Notes under the pieces: generated by a model
The model's database searches: none
What the model saw: the letters and a program-made list of their open reading frames with translations, nothing else
What the model was told of the DNA's origin: nothing
Origin: Gnetum montanum
Taxonomy: Eukaryota; Plantae; Gnetophyta
Direction of reading: 5' to 3'
Length of the DNA: 64,000 bases
Assembly (NCBI GenBank): GCA_015680685.1
Contig: MNCI01000651.1
Location: forward strand, 1,913,832 to 1,977,831
Position numbers and translations under genes: made by a program
Shown: piece by piece, positions 13,569-26,077 of the stretch
How positions within the stretch are numbered: position 1 is the stretch's first letter
Layout of the letters: every line of letters starts with the position of its first letter

Positions 13569-14326
13569 AAAGATCTTAGACTCCAAAAGCCATAATTTTT
13601 GATTTTAGAAGCCTTTTTTGGTGAACGAGGAGTCATTTCCTATAGATTTCAAACTTTCAAACCCAATGGTGGATTCAAATCCATCCTAGGAAATCGCAAA
13701 ATTTATTTTTTATTCTTTGCCAAATATGGTGCCTTGAGATCCTTAAAAGTTTAATTTTGGCATCACTCAAGCATACAATGTCCATTTTCAACATATGAAT
13801 AGTCATTTCCAACATTTTTCACCCATATGAACTTAATGATAAGGTCAAATTTATCATCCGAGCACCCAATAATTTGATGATAGCATAAATTCAACATTTT
13901 TCATTTTAAGATTTAGTGCATAACCCTTACAGATAGTCTTAAGATCACTATGGCATGTCATTAATTACACTACCAAAGTCAATGTTTTTAAGGGGGGTAG
14001 AAAGGCCATTAAGAATTAGACAATATAGTTACATATTACTAAAATTATATGATGTCATTAAATATTACTAAAATTAGATAATGTAATTATGTAAATAGAT
14101 AATGTAGTTATTCAGTTGATGTAGTTGCTTTTTAGTCAATGTATTAGTTAAATATCAGTTGATGTATTAGTTGTAGAAACATAACAATCTTCAATTGTCA
14201 AGAAAAGGGTATATTAATCCATCCTGCAATTAAAACATAGGGCAAAAACAAGATAGAGACTCAAAATCTCATTTTGACAAGGAGTATGATACTCATGAAG
14301 AGAAAATATTCAAAAAAAATCCAAGA

Positions 14327-15420
14327 ATGAGAATGAAAGTTGCAACATACAACATGCTTGCAAGATCCCTAGTGAGTGAGAAACAATATCCACTATGTTC
14401 ATCATGGGCCTTAGATTGGCATGAATATCGATACCCACACATCTTAGCATAGTTAAAAGATTTGGATGCTAATGTCTTGTGCTTACAAGAAGTCTTACCA
14501 TGGAAATTTCTATATCAATTTCAACCAAATTTGGAAAATATGGGATATAAAGGTATTTATAAGCAAAAAGGTTCTTGTGGAAGTTTTTCTTTTGAGCCAT
14601 ACAAATTAGCATATCATAGAAATTACAACACGAATGGTTATGCAATATTTTATAAAGAAGCCAAGTTTGAATTGGTACAAAAATTTCAGTGGAGTTTAGA
14701 ATATTGGATTTTTGAAATTCTAGAACATCAAGTGATGGGAAACAAAGAATAGCCAAGATTTTGGAAAAATCACATAGCCCTAGTAGTGATTCTAAAAGTC
14801 CATCTATCAGGAAGATGAGTGTGCATGGTTAACATACATTTGCTTGCCAACCAACATGTTTAGATGTTAGACTATGTCAAGGAACATATTTGATTAAGAA
14901 AATAGAAGTTTGAAGAATAAATTATTACTAAGTTATATTGATCCAATTCCATTTATTTTTTATGGAGACTTCAATGTAAAAGTTGGAAGTGGGATTTATC
15001 AGTTCTTAAAATATGGATATGTAAGAAAATATTTGGAAGATGAGCCTAAGTTGAAGAATATGTTTCCATCAATTCAAAATGGAATTCCATTGGCTAGTGC
15101 ATATTATACTTATTTTGGATCTTTAGTAGATAAATTAGATTCTAGAATTCAGGAACAAATGATGTTGATGGATAGCACTCATTAAGAACCATAGTTTACC
15201 AATTTCTTTGCTATGATTAATGAAGATGGATCAACAACATTCTTCATTGAGACTTTGGATTATATTTGGTACGATGCCCAATTCTTTTAAGTAACCAAGT
15301 TACTATAGTTTTTTTTCTAAAGAAGAATTTAAGAAGAATCAAGATCAAGCCTTGCCATCCAAAACAAGATCATCTGATCACATACCACTTATGGTAGAAT
15401 TACAGTTACTCCCATCAATT
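14327..15420 (+). pseudogene. CCR4: Intronless CCR4-type (EEP family) deadenylase catalytic domain, disrupted by stops and frameshifts
   Basis: Reads MKVATYNMLA...YPLCSSWALDW, DANVLCLQEV, GYKGIYKQK, GYAIFY, NHIALVVILK, VNIHL, PFIFYGDFN, IPLASAY, EPxFTN, ETLDYIWY, ALPSKTRSSDHIPL: all EEP/CCR4 catalytic motifs in order. Confidence 0.9.
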
Positions 15421-15870
15421 CATAAGGTTGATCAAGATCAAGAAGTATCTTACTCTTACTTTTATTTGATTAATCTTATTATTTTAGTCATTGTTTAATT
15501 TATATTTCAATCAAATAAATAAAACCTCTATTATAATAAAAATTGGGGATAAAGAATTTTCCCTACCTTCACTTGGGTAGCAGATCCAAGTTGTACTTTA
15601 TGTGACCCTAGTTAGGACTAGTGATTGGTGGTTAATAAATCTTTTGTCATTATCATAGAAAATGAAGTAAGTATCAAGAAATTAATATTTAATTTTCCAT
15701 ATAATTTTTCTCACATATATCTTATTTGCGAAATAATTAAGAAATAACTTCACGTTCAAAGGAGAAATCAAATTATTGGAGTACAGAATCGTGAAAGAAA
15801 GCATTAGAGATGGAAAAATATAGAGAACATGGTCTCATTCGAGGATGAACAAAACCTAAGGGGAGTATAT

Positions 15871-16444
15871 TGTCACATCCCCATTCCCAAATGATGTTGT
15901 TGCCTAATGAAGATGGTGTCTCTTCATAACAAGTGTTATTATTATCTTAACAAGACCAGAAAAGGTAGTTGTGATTAAGACCTGAAAGAACATGTTGTAA
16001 TAATGGATATGTCTCTTAAGGTAACCTTTGGGGGTTTAACCTAAGGCATTTATACCTGGGTTAGAGGCCATGCCAAGCATGGAGTGGTGGAGCTGGTACA
16101 AGCAAGTTACAAGAAGTTGGATGAAGCGGGATAGGAAGTGGACTGGTCATTCCTTCTAGCTAGGTTATAGGCTTGATGATGGTGGTAATGTAGGATTACC
16201 TCTAAGGGATAAATGCCAAGGAATAAAATCCCAAGGAACACTCTCTAAGCACTATCTAGATATGTTATTGCATATCAATAAAGCATTATTTTCTTTCCTT
16301 TTTTGCATTTTTCCTATTATTTCCTTTATACATAATGTTGAGTATTGCATATATTTTGCATTTGGTATATTTTCTTCATATGCATAATGTCTAATATATC
16401 ATATATTTGATGTTTTCTATGACATCCGAGGATGGGATGTCACA
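15871..16444 (+). repeat. 3' LTR (574 bp)
   Basis: Colinear with 11034-11607; preceded by PPT. Confidence 0.9.
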
Positions 16445-18100
16445 GCTTTCCATGGTCTATATTTCATCCCTATCAAGTAAATATTCTACAAGTATGGCTT
16501 TCTCAAATGAGGTGAGTTCATTGGCTTGGTTTGGTTTGGGAAAGAAAAATCCCAAACCATTGTCCACCTCATATTCTTCCATCCTCCTTAGCTTATTTTC
16601 AAGTAGTATGATCTTCAACTTCCTTTTTGTGCATGAGACTTGATAATTATGCTACATCATGGATGTCATAAGTACCTAAGCTTTTTGAATTTTCATTAGA
16701 TTATAGATCTAAGAACCTTAGGATGAGTTTGATCCTTTCCCTATCATGATGTTAAAGAGAGTCTCCTTTATAAATTTAGAAAAAGAAACAAGAATCAAGT
16801 ACAAATAGGGATAGGAAATAAAACTAAGTAAAAACAGTCAAAGAAAGAAATTTCTAAATGCTAGAAAGAACCTATAGATTACTAGATTCTTACGTTTAAG
16901 ATACTAGAAATCTTATTGGCCCTCCTTCTAGCACCAAAAATGTTCCTATAGAAATATTATTTTCATTCGTACAAGAGCACCTCCACGAACTAAGTATTGA
17001 GATACTTAATATACTACCGTAAATGAACTTCAAATCAATGTAACCCTCGATAAATCATTGATTATGAAATGAAGGGGCCTAAATACTCTAATCAAATATA
17101 GATTTAGAATATTGCACATGAACTAGGAATGGCATGAAATGATGAAAAAGTGAGTTTTTTTAATGATAAAATAACTGTGTAAAATCATTGGAAAAATAAC
17201 AATGTGTATTATGAAAAAATAAACTAAGTGTAGAATAAGCTATGAATGTTTAAATAAAAATGAAGTGTAAAGAACAGATAAAGAACATAAAATATTAAAA
17301 ATATTATAGTTTTGATCTAAGAGAAAAGGTTTCAGCTTCCTCTCCAAATGATGGAATTTTTATGTTAAAAAATAGCTAAGTGTAAAATACTGAAATTTTG
17401 ACTAAGTATTGAATACGATCTAAGAGATAAAAAAATATAAGTATAGAATATGAGAGAACAAGCTTAAAATAGTAAAATTGAAATGCATAAATATTGGAAA
17501 AACTTCATAAATCATTTTTAGAAAAATAAAATTGTCTTAATGAGTTCAAGTGTTTGCCTTCTATGGAGGACCAAACTACAAATGATGGAAGAGAAAAAAC
17601 GTAAATGTGATAGAACTAATAAAAAAATATCAAATATTGAGCAAAATATAGATTTAGAAGATGTAATTGAACATTTTAAGGATTAGCTAATGGATGAAAA
17701 AGCTATAGGTATGACCAAAGTCAATTTTTGGCTAAAACGAGGCTATTTCAGCCAAGGTTCCTATTATTGATACATGAGTTGAAAAAATTCTAACTTTCAA
17801 AAGTGACATGGAAGCCTAAAAATAATATTTCTAGAATTGATGCTAAAGGTACAAAAGGTATTAAAGACAATCAAGTAGCATGTGGATGCTACAGTAATAG
17901 TAGACATGTGTGGTCTCGCTCTCTCAAAATTTAATCAATGCTCTTAATCTCAAATGATCTAACCAAATCTCCAAATATCCCACCTATAACTTATATTTTG
18001 AGCTGGTATTTATAAGCTTGGAGTTTCCAAATTTAACTTAGGGTTACTAAAAATAAACTTGGAGTCAAGTGTAACTTGTCTACATTTAAAAATAGCAAGT
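16445..18100 (-). mobile_element. Highly decayed retroelement remnant (gag-like 5' part, UTR and LTR-like promoter)
   Basis: Coding-like composition on the minus strand at 16445-16700, A-rich UTR-like tract, and minus-strand TATAAATA near 18007-18014; family not assignable. Confidence 0.3.
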
Positions 18101-18149
18101 CCAGTCTTTCAATTTCGATGTCTAGTATTTGTCTTTCTTTTGACATTAA

Positions 18150-18645
18150 TTCTAACTTTTGATGTTGAACATCAACTAAATATTTAATGTTTGGCATTAA
18201 TAATACTTAGAAAAATTTTGATCTCTATCAACTCTCACATTTTAAAAAATTTTAATGTTAGACATCTAGCTCTAATACTTAGAAAAATTTTGATTCATGC
18301 CAGATCTGACATTTAGAAAAATTTGGATGTCAAAGTTTAAGCTTCAACAATTAGAAACATTTTTTACATTCCAACTTTAATGCTTATAAAAATTTTAACA
18401 TCAAGGCTCCAACTCCAGCACTTAGAAAATTTTTGATATCTACTAGCTGCAACACTAAAAAAAAAATTGAACAGTTAGAAAAATTTTGATGTTAGAGCTC
18501 CAACCTCAATAATGAAAAAGAATATAATATTAGAGCTTCAAGCCCAATACTTGGAAAATTTTTTATGCCTACTAGCTTTGACACTTAGCAAAATTGTGAT
18601 GCTAAAGTTCTAGCTCCAACACTTAGAAAAATTTTAACTCTAGAG
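18150..18645. repeat. Degenerate tandem array with alternating ~34/38-bp units (~72-bp dimer)
   Basis: Recurrent core cttagaaaaattttgat (e.g. 18206, 18278, 18421) with alternating spacers. Confidence 0.75.
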
Positions 18646-20004
18646 TTTTTTAAGGATCATAAAAAATTAAGTCCATAGGTTAAATTATAAATCGAGATGG
18701 TTCTCGATGGTCCTCAAGAGCTAAGAATGTACCTTGTAATGATGTATTTGAAGTATTTGATGTTGATCTATTAGTATGTCAAAACCTTAAGTAAAATGAG
18801 GAACAATGATGTTTATGTGGTTGTTATGCTCATATGACAAGAACATAGAGACCACAAGGAGGGCCAAAGAAATGACATTTACAAAGAGATGTCAAAGTTA
18901 AGACTCAAGAAATAAAGTGGGAGTAAGGAAAAGGATGAAGACTATAAAAACTAGAAAAGCTCCCAAGATCATGGATGATCGAAATCAACAAAAGGAAGCC
19001 TCAACAAGAAAATCCCAAAACTTGTGAAGCTGTCTACAAGAAGCAAAAGGCATCTTGGCTGAAGTATAGAAGAAGCATAGAATACATCTTGTAAAAATAT
19101 AAGATGTCTACTACATGGAGAAGACATATACATGTAGATGTCTTCTAGAAGATTCCTCCCTTGGGTATGAGACGTCTATCTAGAATTTAGGTTTAAATAG
19201 TGAGACATCTCAATCTTGAAAAATACTTCTCCCCTAGTTGTTAGATAGTTGTTGCATAAATTCCAAGGTGAGTTTGGATACATAAACACTATAATAAGAA
19301 TTTATTCTCTTGGGAAGTAGGCAAGTTTCTTACACAAGAAAGTATCAACATCAAGCAATCATTATGCATATTATTCAATTATTTTTATGTACTTCATTGT
19401 ACTATCTTTTTTACTATTGTAAGTGATCAGTTGTGTTGTACCTCAAAGTACAAGGACCAATAAATTAGCTACATTATTTCCTTGTAATTCTTGTTTCTCT
19501 TGTTGCCCTACAAGGTTGATTTACTTATTTCAAGAAGGAATCATCCTTGAGTTTGTTGGGATCCTTCAATATTGAGTGTTAGTGTAGGACCACAACACTC
19601 CAAAGTGGAACTTAAGTTGTAAAGGATGTGGGATCCTAAAAATCACTTTATAAGCTTGTTGGGATCTTGCAAGGTTGAGTGAATTTTTGGGATTAAATCA
19701 CTCTATAGGTTGTACAAGGTGTGGTATCCTTCAAACCACTTTTGAAAGAAACAAAGTCTGAAGGTGTGTAAGTGATCTACCCTCTAAGTGTGGACTATCC
19801 AAGTTGGGAAACCACATTAAAATGGGTTGTGTCCTTTGTGATTGAAAATTTTAATTTGGGAAACTTATTCATCCCTTTCCCTACCCCACCCAAACCATCC
19901 CCCCCTCCGCCAAGCTTTCTAAGTTCTATGATCCTTAAGTGGTATCAAATCCTAGTACTCTTGCTGCTTCATTAACTAGTTCTACATCATCTTCAAGAGT
20001 GAAC

Positions 20005-21580
20005 AATTGAGGGAACCTCATACACAAATCCATCCATGTTTGATGGATTTGACTTTGCCTATTCAAAAGGAAGGATGTAGAGCTTCTTCAAATCTATGGA
20101 ATTTGGAGTCTAGGAATCCATTTTTGAAGGCTACACGCTACCTGTTGATAGCACAATAGGAGCCATCAAGCCCACAACAAATGGCATCAAGAAGAAAAAG
20201 ATAAGTTCATGTTTGACTCTAAATCCAAAAATCATTTATATTGTGCTTTGAATAAATTTGAGTTTAATAGAGTATTTGGATGTAAAATAGCCAAAGAAAT
20301 TTGGCAAACATTAGAGGCTACTTATGAAGGAACATATATAGTTAAACAATCTAAATTGTTAGTTTTGCAAAGTGATCACAACAAGCTAAAAATGAGAGAA
20401 GGAGAGAAAATAAAAGATTATTTTTCTAGAGCCAATGATCTTGTTGTGACCATTAGATATACTAATAAATATTTGTTGGAAAGCAATGTTATTATAAAAA
20501 TTATTAGGATGCTACAACCAAAGTTTAGGCCAAAGGTGACTATGATGAAAGAAATTAGGGATTTTTTGAAACTAAAATTTGAAGAGCTTTAAAGTGCTCT
20601 CATTACTTATGAAATGAATTTCATAAGCAAAGAAACCATTCAAGAGAGGCAGCCCATTGCCCTTAAATCAGCCACTAAGGAAAAGGTTTCTAATGAGCCA
20701 TATGTAAAAAGTGAAGAGGAGATAAACCTTCTCTCAAGAAAGAGGGGTAAGATCTTCAATCACTAGAAATCCAATCCATTCAAAGGTAAAGAAAGAGGTA
20801 AAAAAATTTCAAATTCTACTTTTGGTTCTTCTTCTATAGAATGTTGGGTTTGTGGTGGAAGAGTCCATATGGCCTCCAAATGTCCTAATAATGGTAGGGT
20901 ACAGCAAAAGAACATATTAAATGAAGAGATGAAAACGACCAACTTCTACACATGTTGGGATTATGGGGAGCAAAGTGAAGAAGATGTGGAGGATAATGTA
21001 AAAGATTCAAATCTCATCTATATGGCTCTCACAGATGATGATTCTAACTCCTCGGATGATGACCTAAATGAGGAGGAAAGGTTTGGTTTGTCATGTTATG
21101 AAATATTATCTTTTCAAAATCTCTACAATAAGTTTAATAAGCAAGTTAAGACAAAAGATTATGAGATCTCTCTATTGAGTTCAACAATTGCCAATATTAC
21201 GAAAGAACTCTCAAACCTAATGGTTAAGAATGAAAAACTAACCTTGTCTTATCAGCAGGGTAAAGTAGAAATTGCAGATGTTAAACTTGTGAATGAAAGG
21301 TTGGTGAAGGAAAAAGAATCCCTTCATTTGGTTTTAGGATAAGGAAGAAGTCCACATGATAAGAGTGGGCTTGGATGTTGTACACAAAGTGAATCATCGT
21401 CACCAACCCCATCTTAGCCAAATGCTATACCAAGGGACAATGTCACTACATAAAAAATAAAAGAAGCTCTTATTCACCAAAAGGATCCTAAAAGGTTTGA
21501 TCATTCTAGTCACTCTTACTACCATATAAGTATTAGATGTTATTATTGTTATAAATTTTGATATAAAATGGGAATGCAAT
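20005..21580 (+). pseudogene. gag: Copia/SIRE gag
   Basis: PSMFDGFDFAY, LYCALNKFEFNRVFGCKIAKEIWQTLEATYEGT (UBN2-type), CWVCGGRVHMASKC knuckle, coiled coil, DKSGLG motif, second knuckle remnant RCYYCYK. Confidence 0.88.
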
Positions 21581-22279
21581 TTAAAGTTTTATCATATGAA
21601 TAGATGGACATTCCTTACAACTTCTTGTTCTTATAAAATGCATTGAGAAAGGAATTTATGTAGGACCATAGGCAAGAGTGGAAAAAAAATTAAAAGAATA
21701 AGGGGGTCAAGAAATAATGGAGACCTAAAAGGAAGGAGTAAGAGAATGAGGAGACTCTCATAAAAAAAATTTTGTGAGAGGGAGCCAAGCATTGGAGATT
21801 GAGAAAGCTTGCACAAGATGAGAAACCTCAAAAGAGGAATCTTATTCCTTAGCTTTATAAGCACCTTTACTCTCCTTGACAAGTAAGGTAGGTAGAGGTA
21901 ATATTTTAAATTAATAATAAGTACTTATAAAACTATATACCATGAAAACCTATCTAAAACTTCATCCTCTTGAGAATCTTCTAGAAAATATTTCTACCTA
22001 AAGACATCTTCTAGGAGACATCTACTTTTGGTAAAAGATGTCTACATGAAGACATCTACTCAAAGAATACTTCTACCTATCATTTTACTCTAAAGACATT
22101 TGCTTTATATTTTAACCATGGTATAGACATCTTATTTTTCTAAAAGATGTCTTCTTTCTTATTGAAAAGCCCTTGTAGTCATGGCTATAAAAGATTCAAA
22201 CCCTCATTTCTTATCATGTACTTCAAAGATGATCACATAGAGATGACTAAGGCTCCACCACCAGTAGCAATTTCATCAA

Positions 22280-23200
22280 CTATGGCCCACAAGAAGGTTG
22301 GAACGTCTAGGGTGCCACCCAATAAGTGATCAAGAGCAAGTTTCAACAATTCTCAAACCACTTACATGCCCTAATTTAGAACCTCTAGCATCTAGAATTG
22401 GTTTAAGGTAACTCAATCCACCAATATCATCTATAAGTGCTCTATATCTTTTCTTTTGCATAGGCAAGAGACTCTAATGAGTTATTTTCAAGCTCTAAAT
22501 TGGGTAGAGTTTATGATGATGAATTTCTTTGTCCCTAAAATATTATTTTAGGAACTTTATTATAACATTATAATTTCAAATGTTGTGGTTAGGGCTTTTA
22601 CTTTCATGGTTGGGGATTTAGTTATTGAAATATCTTCCCAAGTTGTGAATCCACTTCTTGGCATTTCTAGTGCTAATGTGTTTTGGGTTTCCATTACTTC
22701 CATGAATGATATTTACACTAATGATATAATTCCTATCAGACATGATGAATTTTGTGATGCCCTATTTGGTAAGTTTGTATCTTTTGGTAGAGGCAAGATT
22801 GATACAAACAGGATGGCTCCATATGCTTCCACTCTATCTCTTATTGTCTTGTATAATATCATTGTGAAAGGAGGGAGCTACAACTATTTGTTGCCATCCA
22901 AAGCATTTATGCTTTATTGCCTCATAGGATAGCCACTTAATTTAAGTCATACTCTCTACTGAGACATCCTAAGTTTATATGCCAAGGAGAGAATTTTTGC
23001 ATACCCTTATCTTATTAGTTGGTTGATTTGTCAAATGCCTCAATGAGATTAGTTGGTACCTATTCTTGAGATGCCTTTTTTCAAAGGCAAGTGGAGCCTC
23101 AATGAGTATGCTAAGAAGAGGAGTCATTCTCATGTCACAAAATTAGGACCTAGCACCATGCCACCTCCATCAGAAAAGAAGAAGAAAGATGCACCATGAT
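22280..23200 (+). pseudogene. Sirevirus env-like / extra ORF remnant
   Basis: MAHKK...LNWVEFM...ELYYNI...FMVGDLVIEISSQVVNPLLGI...LIVLYNII...LYCL...YPYLIS pattern typical of plant retrotransposon extra ORFs; lies between gag and the PPT. Confidence 0.6.
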
Positions 23201-23519
23201 CTAGGGCTTCTCCTTAGTTCAGTAGATCAAATTTTCTCTCTCTATTTTCCTTTTTATTGATGTCCAAAAAGGTGGAGAAATTTGGAGATGTTGATGTTCA
23301 CATATGCCCTTTTGAGGAAATGCACATATGTAGTTTTTGTATGTGATGTGGTAATTATATGAACATTTGACAGTTGTATGGAAAAATATATGAAATAGAT
23401 TGATGGTGTTCTTTCTGGTTATCTTTTTGTGGTGCACTTCTTGGAGACAACTTTTACTTCTGTATTGTATCATATTCGGTATCATCCTTCTCTGCTCCTT
23501 TGAACTCACTTGAACCTTA

Positions 23520-26077
23520 GATCCTTATTCTAGTTCCTGGCTAATAATAGCAAAAGTGGTGGTAAACTAAATCAATGAGGCTCAGAGGATTCCTACAACA
23601 TTAATCCTAGAATTTATTACTATGGAAAGCATTCAAATATCTGTATGAACTAAATTAAGAGAAATGAATGTAGCATAATATAAAGAAGTATTGGAAAGAT
23701 TGATGGACACTCAAGCATTCATTTCTAATGACTTTAACATTTCATAAGATATCACTTCAACCAAATCAACACTTATTAAGAAAAAAAACAAGCTTCTTAT
23801 TATAGAGACATAAATTCAATAGACTACCTTACTATATCAATGCTTGATAGTTAATGTTATATAACTTAGAGCCCACTTATGAAATCGTTCTATCCATCAA
23901 CCAAGATTTATTAGGGATGAGGTCTTTAAGCAACTCAAGGCTAAACAAGAACAACTAAATACAAAGAAAGAAAAGATTATTTAGAATGTATTCTTAATAG
24001 AAACAATGCTAAATGTAGTAAATAAGAACCTCACAACAATGTGTAAGGAGAATAAAAAATAGGTCATGAAGAATAATATATTACTTAATGTAGAGAAACA
24101 AAAATAACAAATAAGGAATATCTTAAGCACCAATAAGAGCAACTTGCTAAAGTTCATGTAAACATGCAAAGGTTTACAATTGAGGATATCATCTCTCTAT
24201 AGAAAAGGTGTATATAGTTTAAAAATAATTTGTCATTGAGATTTCTACCTAGAAGAATGAGACCCTAAACTATGAAAAATGGAAAAATCATTACATGAAA
24301 TAAGTAAGCATGCAAAAGAAGATCAATGAAAAAGAGGTCTAATTGATAAAAAAATATTAAATCAAGTCCTTCAACAACTCTAAATTAATGCATGGTAGCA
24401 CATTTTGATGAACTAAATGCATAAAATCAAGCTAAAATCCTTACTAAGGAGCTACAAATAAAAGATATGATGAGGTACAAGGAGCTTGCCCACCTTAATT
24501 ACACTAATATAGTGATGCTTACTATTGCCAGGTGAAGGTCAAAGTTGGAAAAACAAGTAACCAACTCATATTTGTTATAAGATAATAAACATGAGCTCCA
24601 TCAATAATGACACCAAAATGTGTAAATTATCAATGTAAAGCTTGAAGTTCCAAAAATAAATTTTGAAGACCAAAGGACCATTGCTAAAAATTTGGCCAAA
24701 AGAATGGCTAACTATTGGAAGATGAAAAATATTATCAAGCCATTCAACATCAAATGTAATTATTTTGCCTTCTAGTTCATCAATGTCCATGAGATGTTTC
24801 TAACTTTATCATGCCGTTAGGAAGTTCATAGAATGACAAATCTAGGTGAACTTGCCTAGATCATTCATGACCCAAGGATCAAGGAGGTGAAAATAAGCAC
24901 AATCATTAACATATTCAATTGAATGAAACAACAACAGGACAACCACAACTAACACTAAGGCATGAGGAGCCACCATAGAAGTCACCACTACTAGGAACTT
25001 CATAAGGCATAAGCCTTAGTCATTTTTATAAATTTCAATACTATTTTTGTAAGGATAATATGTCTAGTTTTATCATTTTTAAAATTTGTAAATCCCTCAA
25101 GTAAATTTTATAATGCAATACTTCAAATAATCAAGTTAATTAAGTCACTCTCACATTTTGTGAACAAACTTTATGCCAATTTTAACTTAAGAATGAGTTT
25201 TTAGTTAGTTGTGGAGGTATGATTACTCATTTTTTAATTGACTACATCAATGCATTAGCATCAATGTAGAGTTAGTAGCATTCACACATTAGTGTTAATA
25301 TATAGGTAATAAATGCCTATATAAATATGCATACAAACTACATATATGGCATGATTTGATCATTAGCATAGTAAAGCTCTTACAATATATTTTTATAGAA
25401 CTTAAAATCTATCACTTAATGCTCACATCATGAACTAAGTTCATTGTCTAGAATCTTATTTAAGTTATAATGTACTTGAACACATTTTCATGATGACAAT
25501 AAGATCAAGATCAATTTACCTTCATTGAAATACTTTGCTTAATAATTTCATTAATTGTAATCTAATTTCTTTGGTAAATTATTTTATATGTACATAGTTA
25601 ATTAATTCATGTTCCATTACACATTAATTAAAAGGCATTAGTATGAGCAGTTTCAATCATAAATACATTAACATTTGGTAATCCTAGTAGTGTCACACTT
25701 GGTACACCCAACAACGGACACTTAGTAACCTAACAATGTTAATATTTATTTAAGATGTGTAAGGCAAGCTAGAAATGAATAGTCAATGCTTAGAATAGAT
25801 TAGATTTGTTTCTTATACTTAGATTACATAATTATTATTTTTAATATTTTAAGAATATTTTTAATATAGCCTCAATAACATCAATATCATATGCCTCAGT
25901 CATACTTAACCATAGGTACTAGGGTCATACAAATGTAATTGGAAAGACAATGACTATTGATCAATCATTGAACTATCTAAATACCCAAACTAGTCTATTC
26001 TAAGGCATTCAACCAAGTTTCAGGCAAATGCTTCTGATCTATATGGCTGATTATAGATCCTACTTTATCATTCATCA
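23520..26077 (+). mobile_element. 3' fragment of a plus-strand Athila-like element: coiled-coil extra-ORF remnant, PPT and LTR (25220-26077)
   Basis: PPT ttagttgtggaggta followed by TGAT...TTCATCA (~858 bp); contains atgcctcagtcatacttaa, the reverse complement of an A1 LTR motif. Confidence 0.7.

Larger units (their letters stand above)
11034..16444 (+). mobile_element. Non-autonomous LTR element (LARD-like) with 574-bp LTRs carrying a CCR4-like domain
   Basis: LTRs 11034-11607 and 15871-16444 are the same length, TGTCACA...TGTCACA; degenerate Met PBS (ttagtataggagc) after the 5' LTR; gaggatgaacaaaacctaaggggag PPT before the 3' LTR; no pol motifs inside; TSD not evident (agttg / gcttt). Confidence 0.85.
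18700..23290 (+). mobile_element. Sirevirus (SIRE/Maximus)-type Ty1/copia element lacking pol; 3' LTR not found
   Basis: LTR-like ~18700-19938 ending in a C-rich attcatccc...ccccccc...gatcctta tract; Met PBS tggtatcaaatcc (19940-19952); copia gag; env-like ORF; gatgtccaaaaaggtggagaa upstream-PPT motif (~23260-23280); AGACRTCT/AGATGTCT palindromic repeats. Confidence 0.75.

Noticed and set aside
14327-15420. LINE APE endonuclease or functional host CCR4 gene
   Set aside because: Motifs are CCR4-specific and no RT follows; multiple stops and frameshifts exclude an intact gene in this copy.
15600-15625. Helitron-like CTAG-T end downstream of CCR4
   Set aside because: No convincing GC-rich hairpin, and CTAG is abundant here because of CHG decay.
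18150-18645. CRISPR-like repeat/spacer look
   Set aside because: Spacers are mutually homologous, repeats are degenerate, context is eukaryotic, no cas genes.
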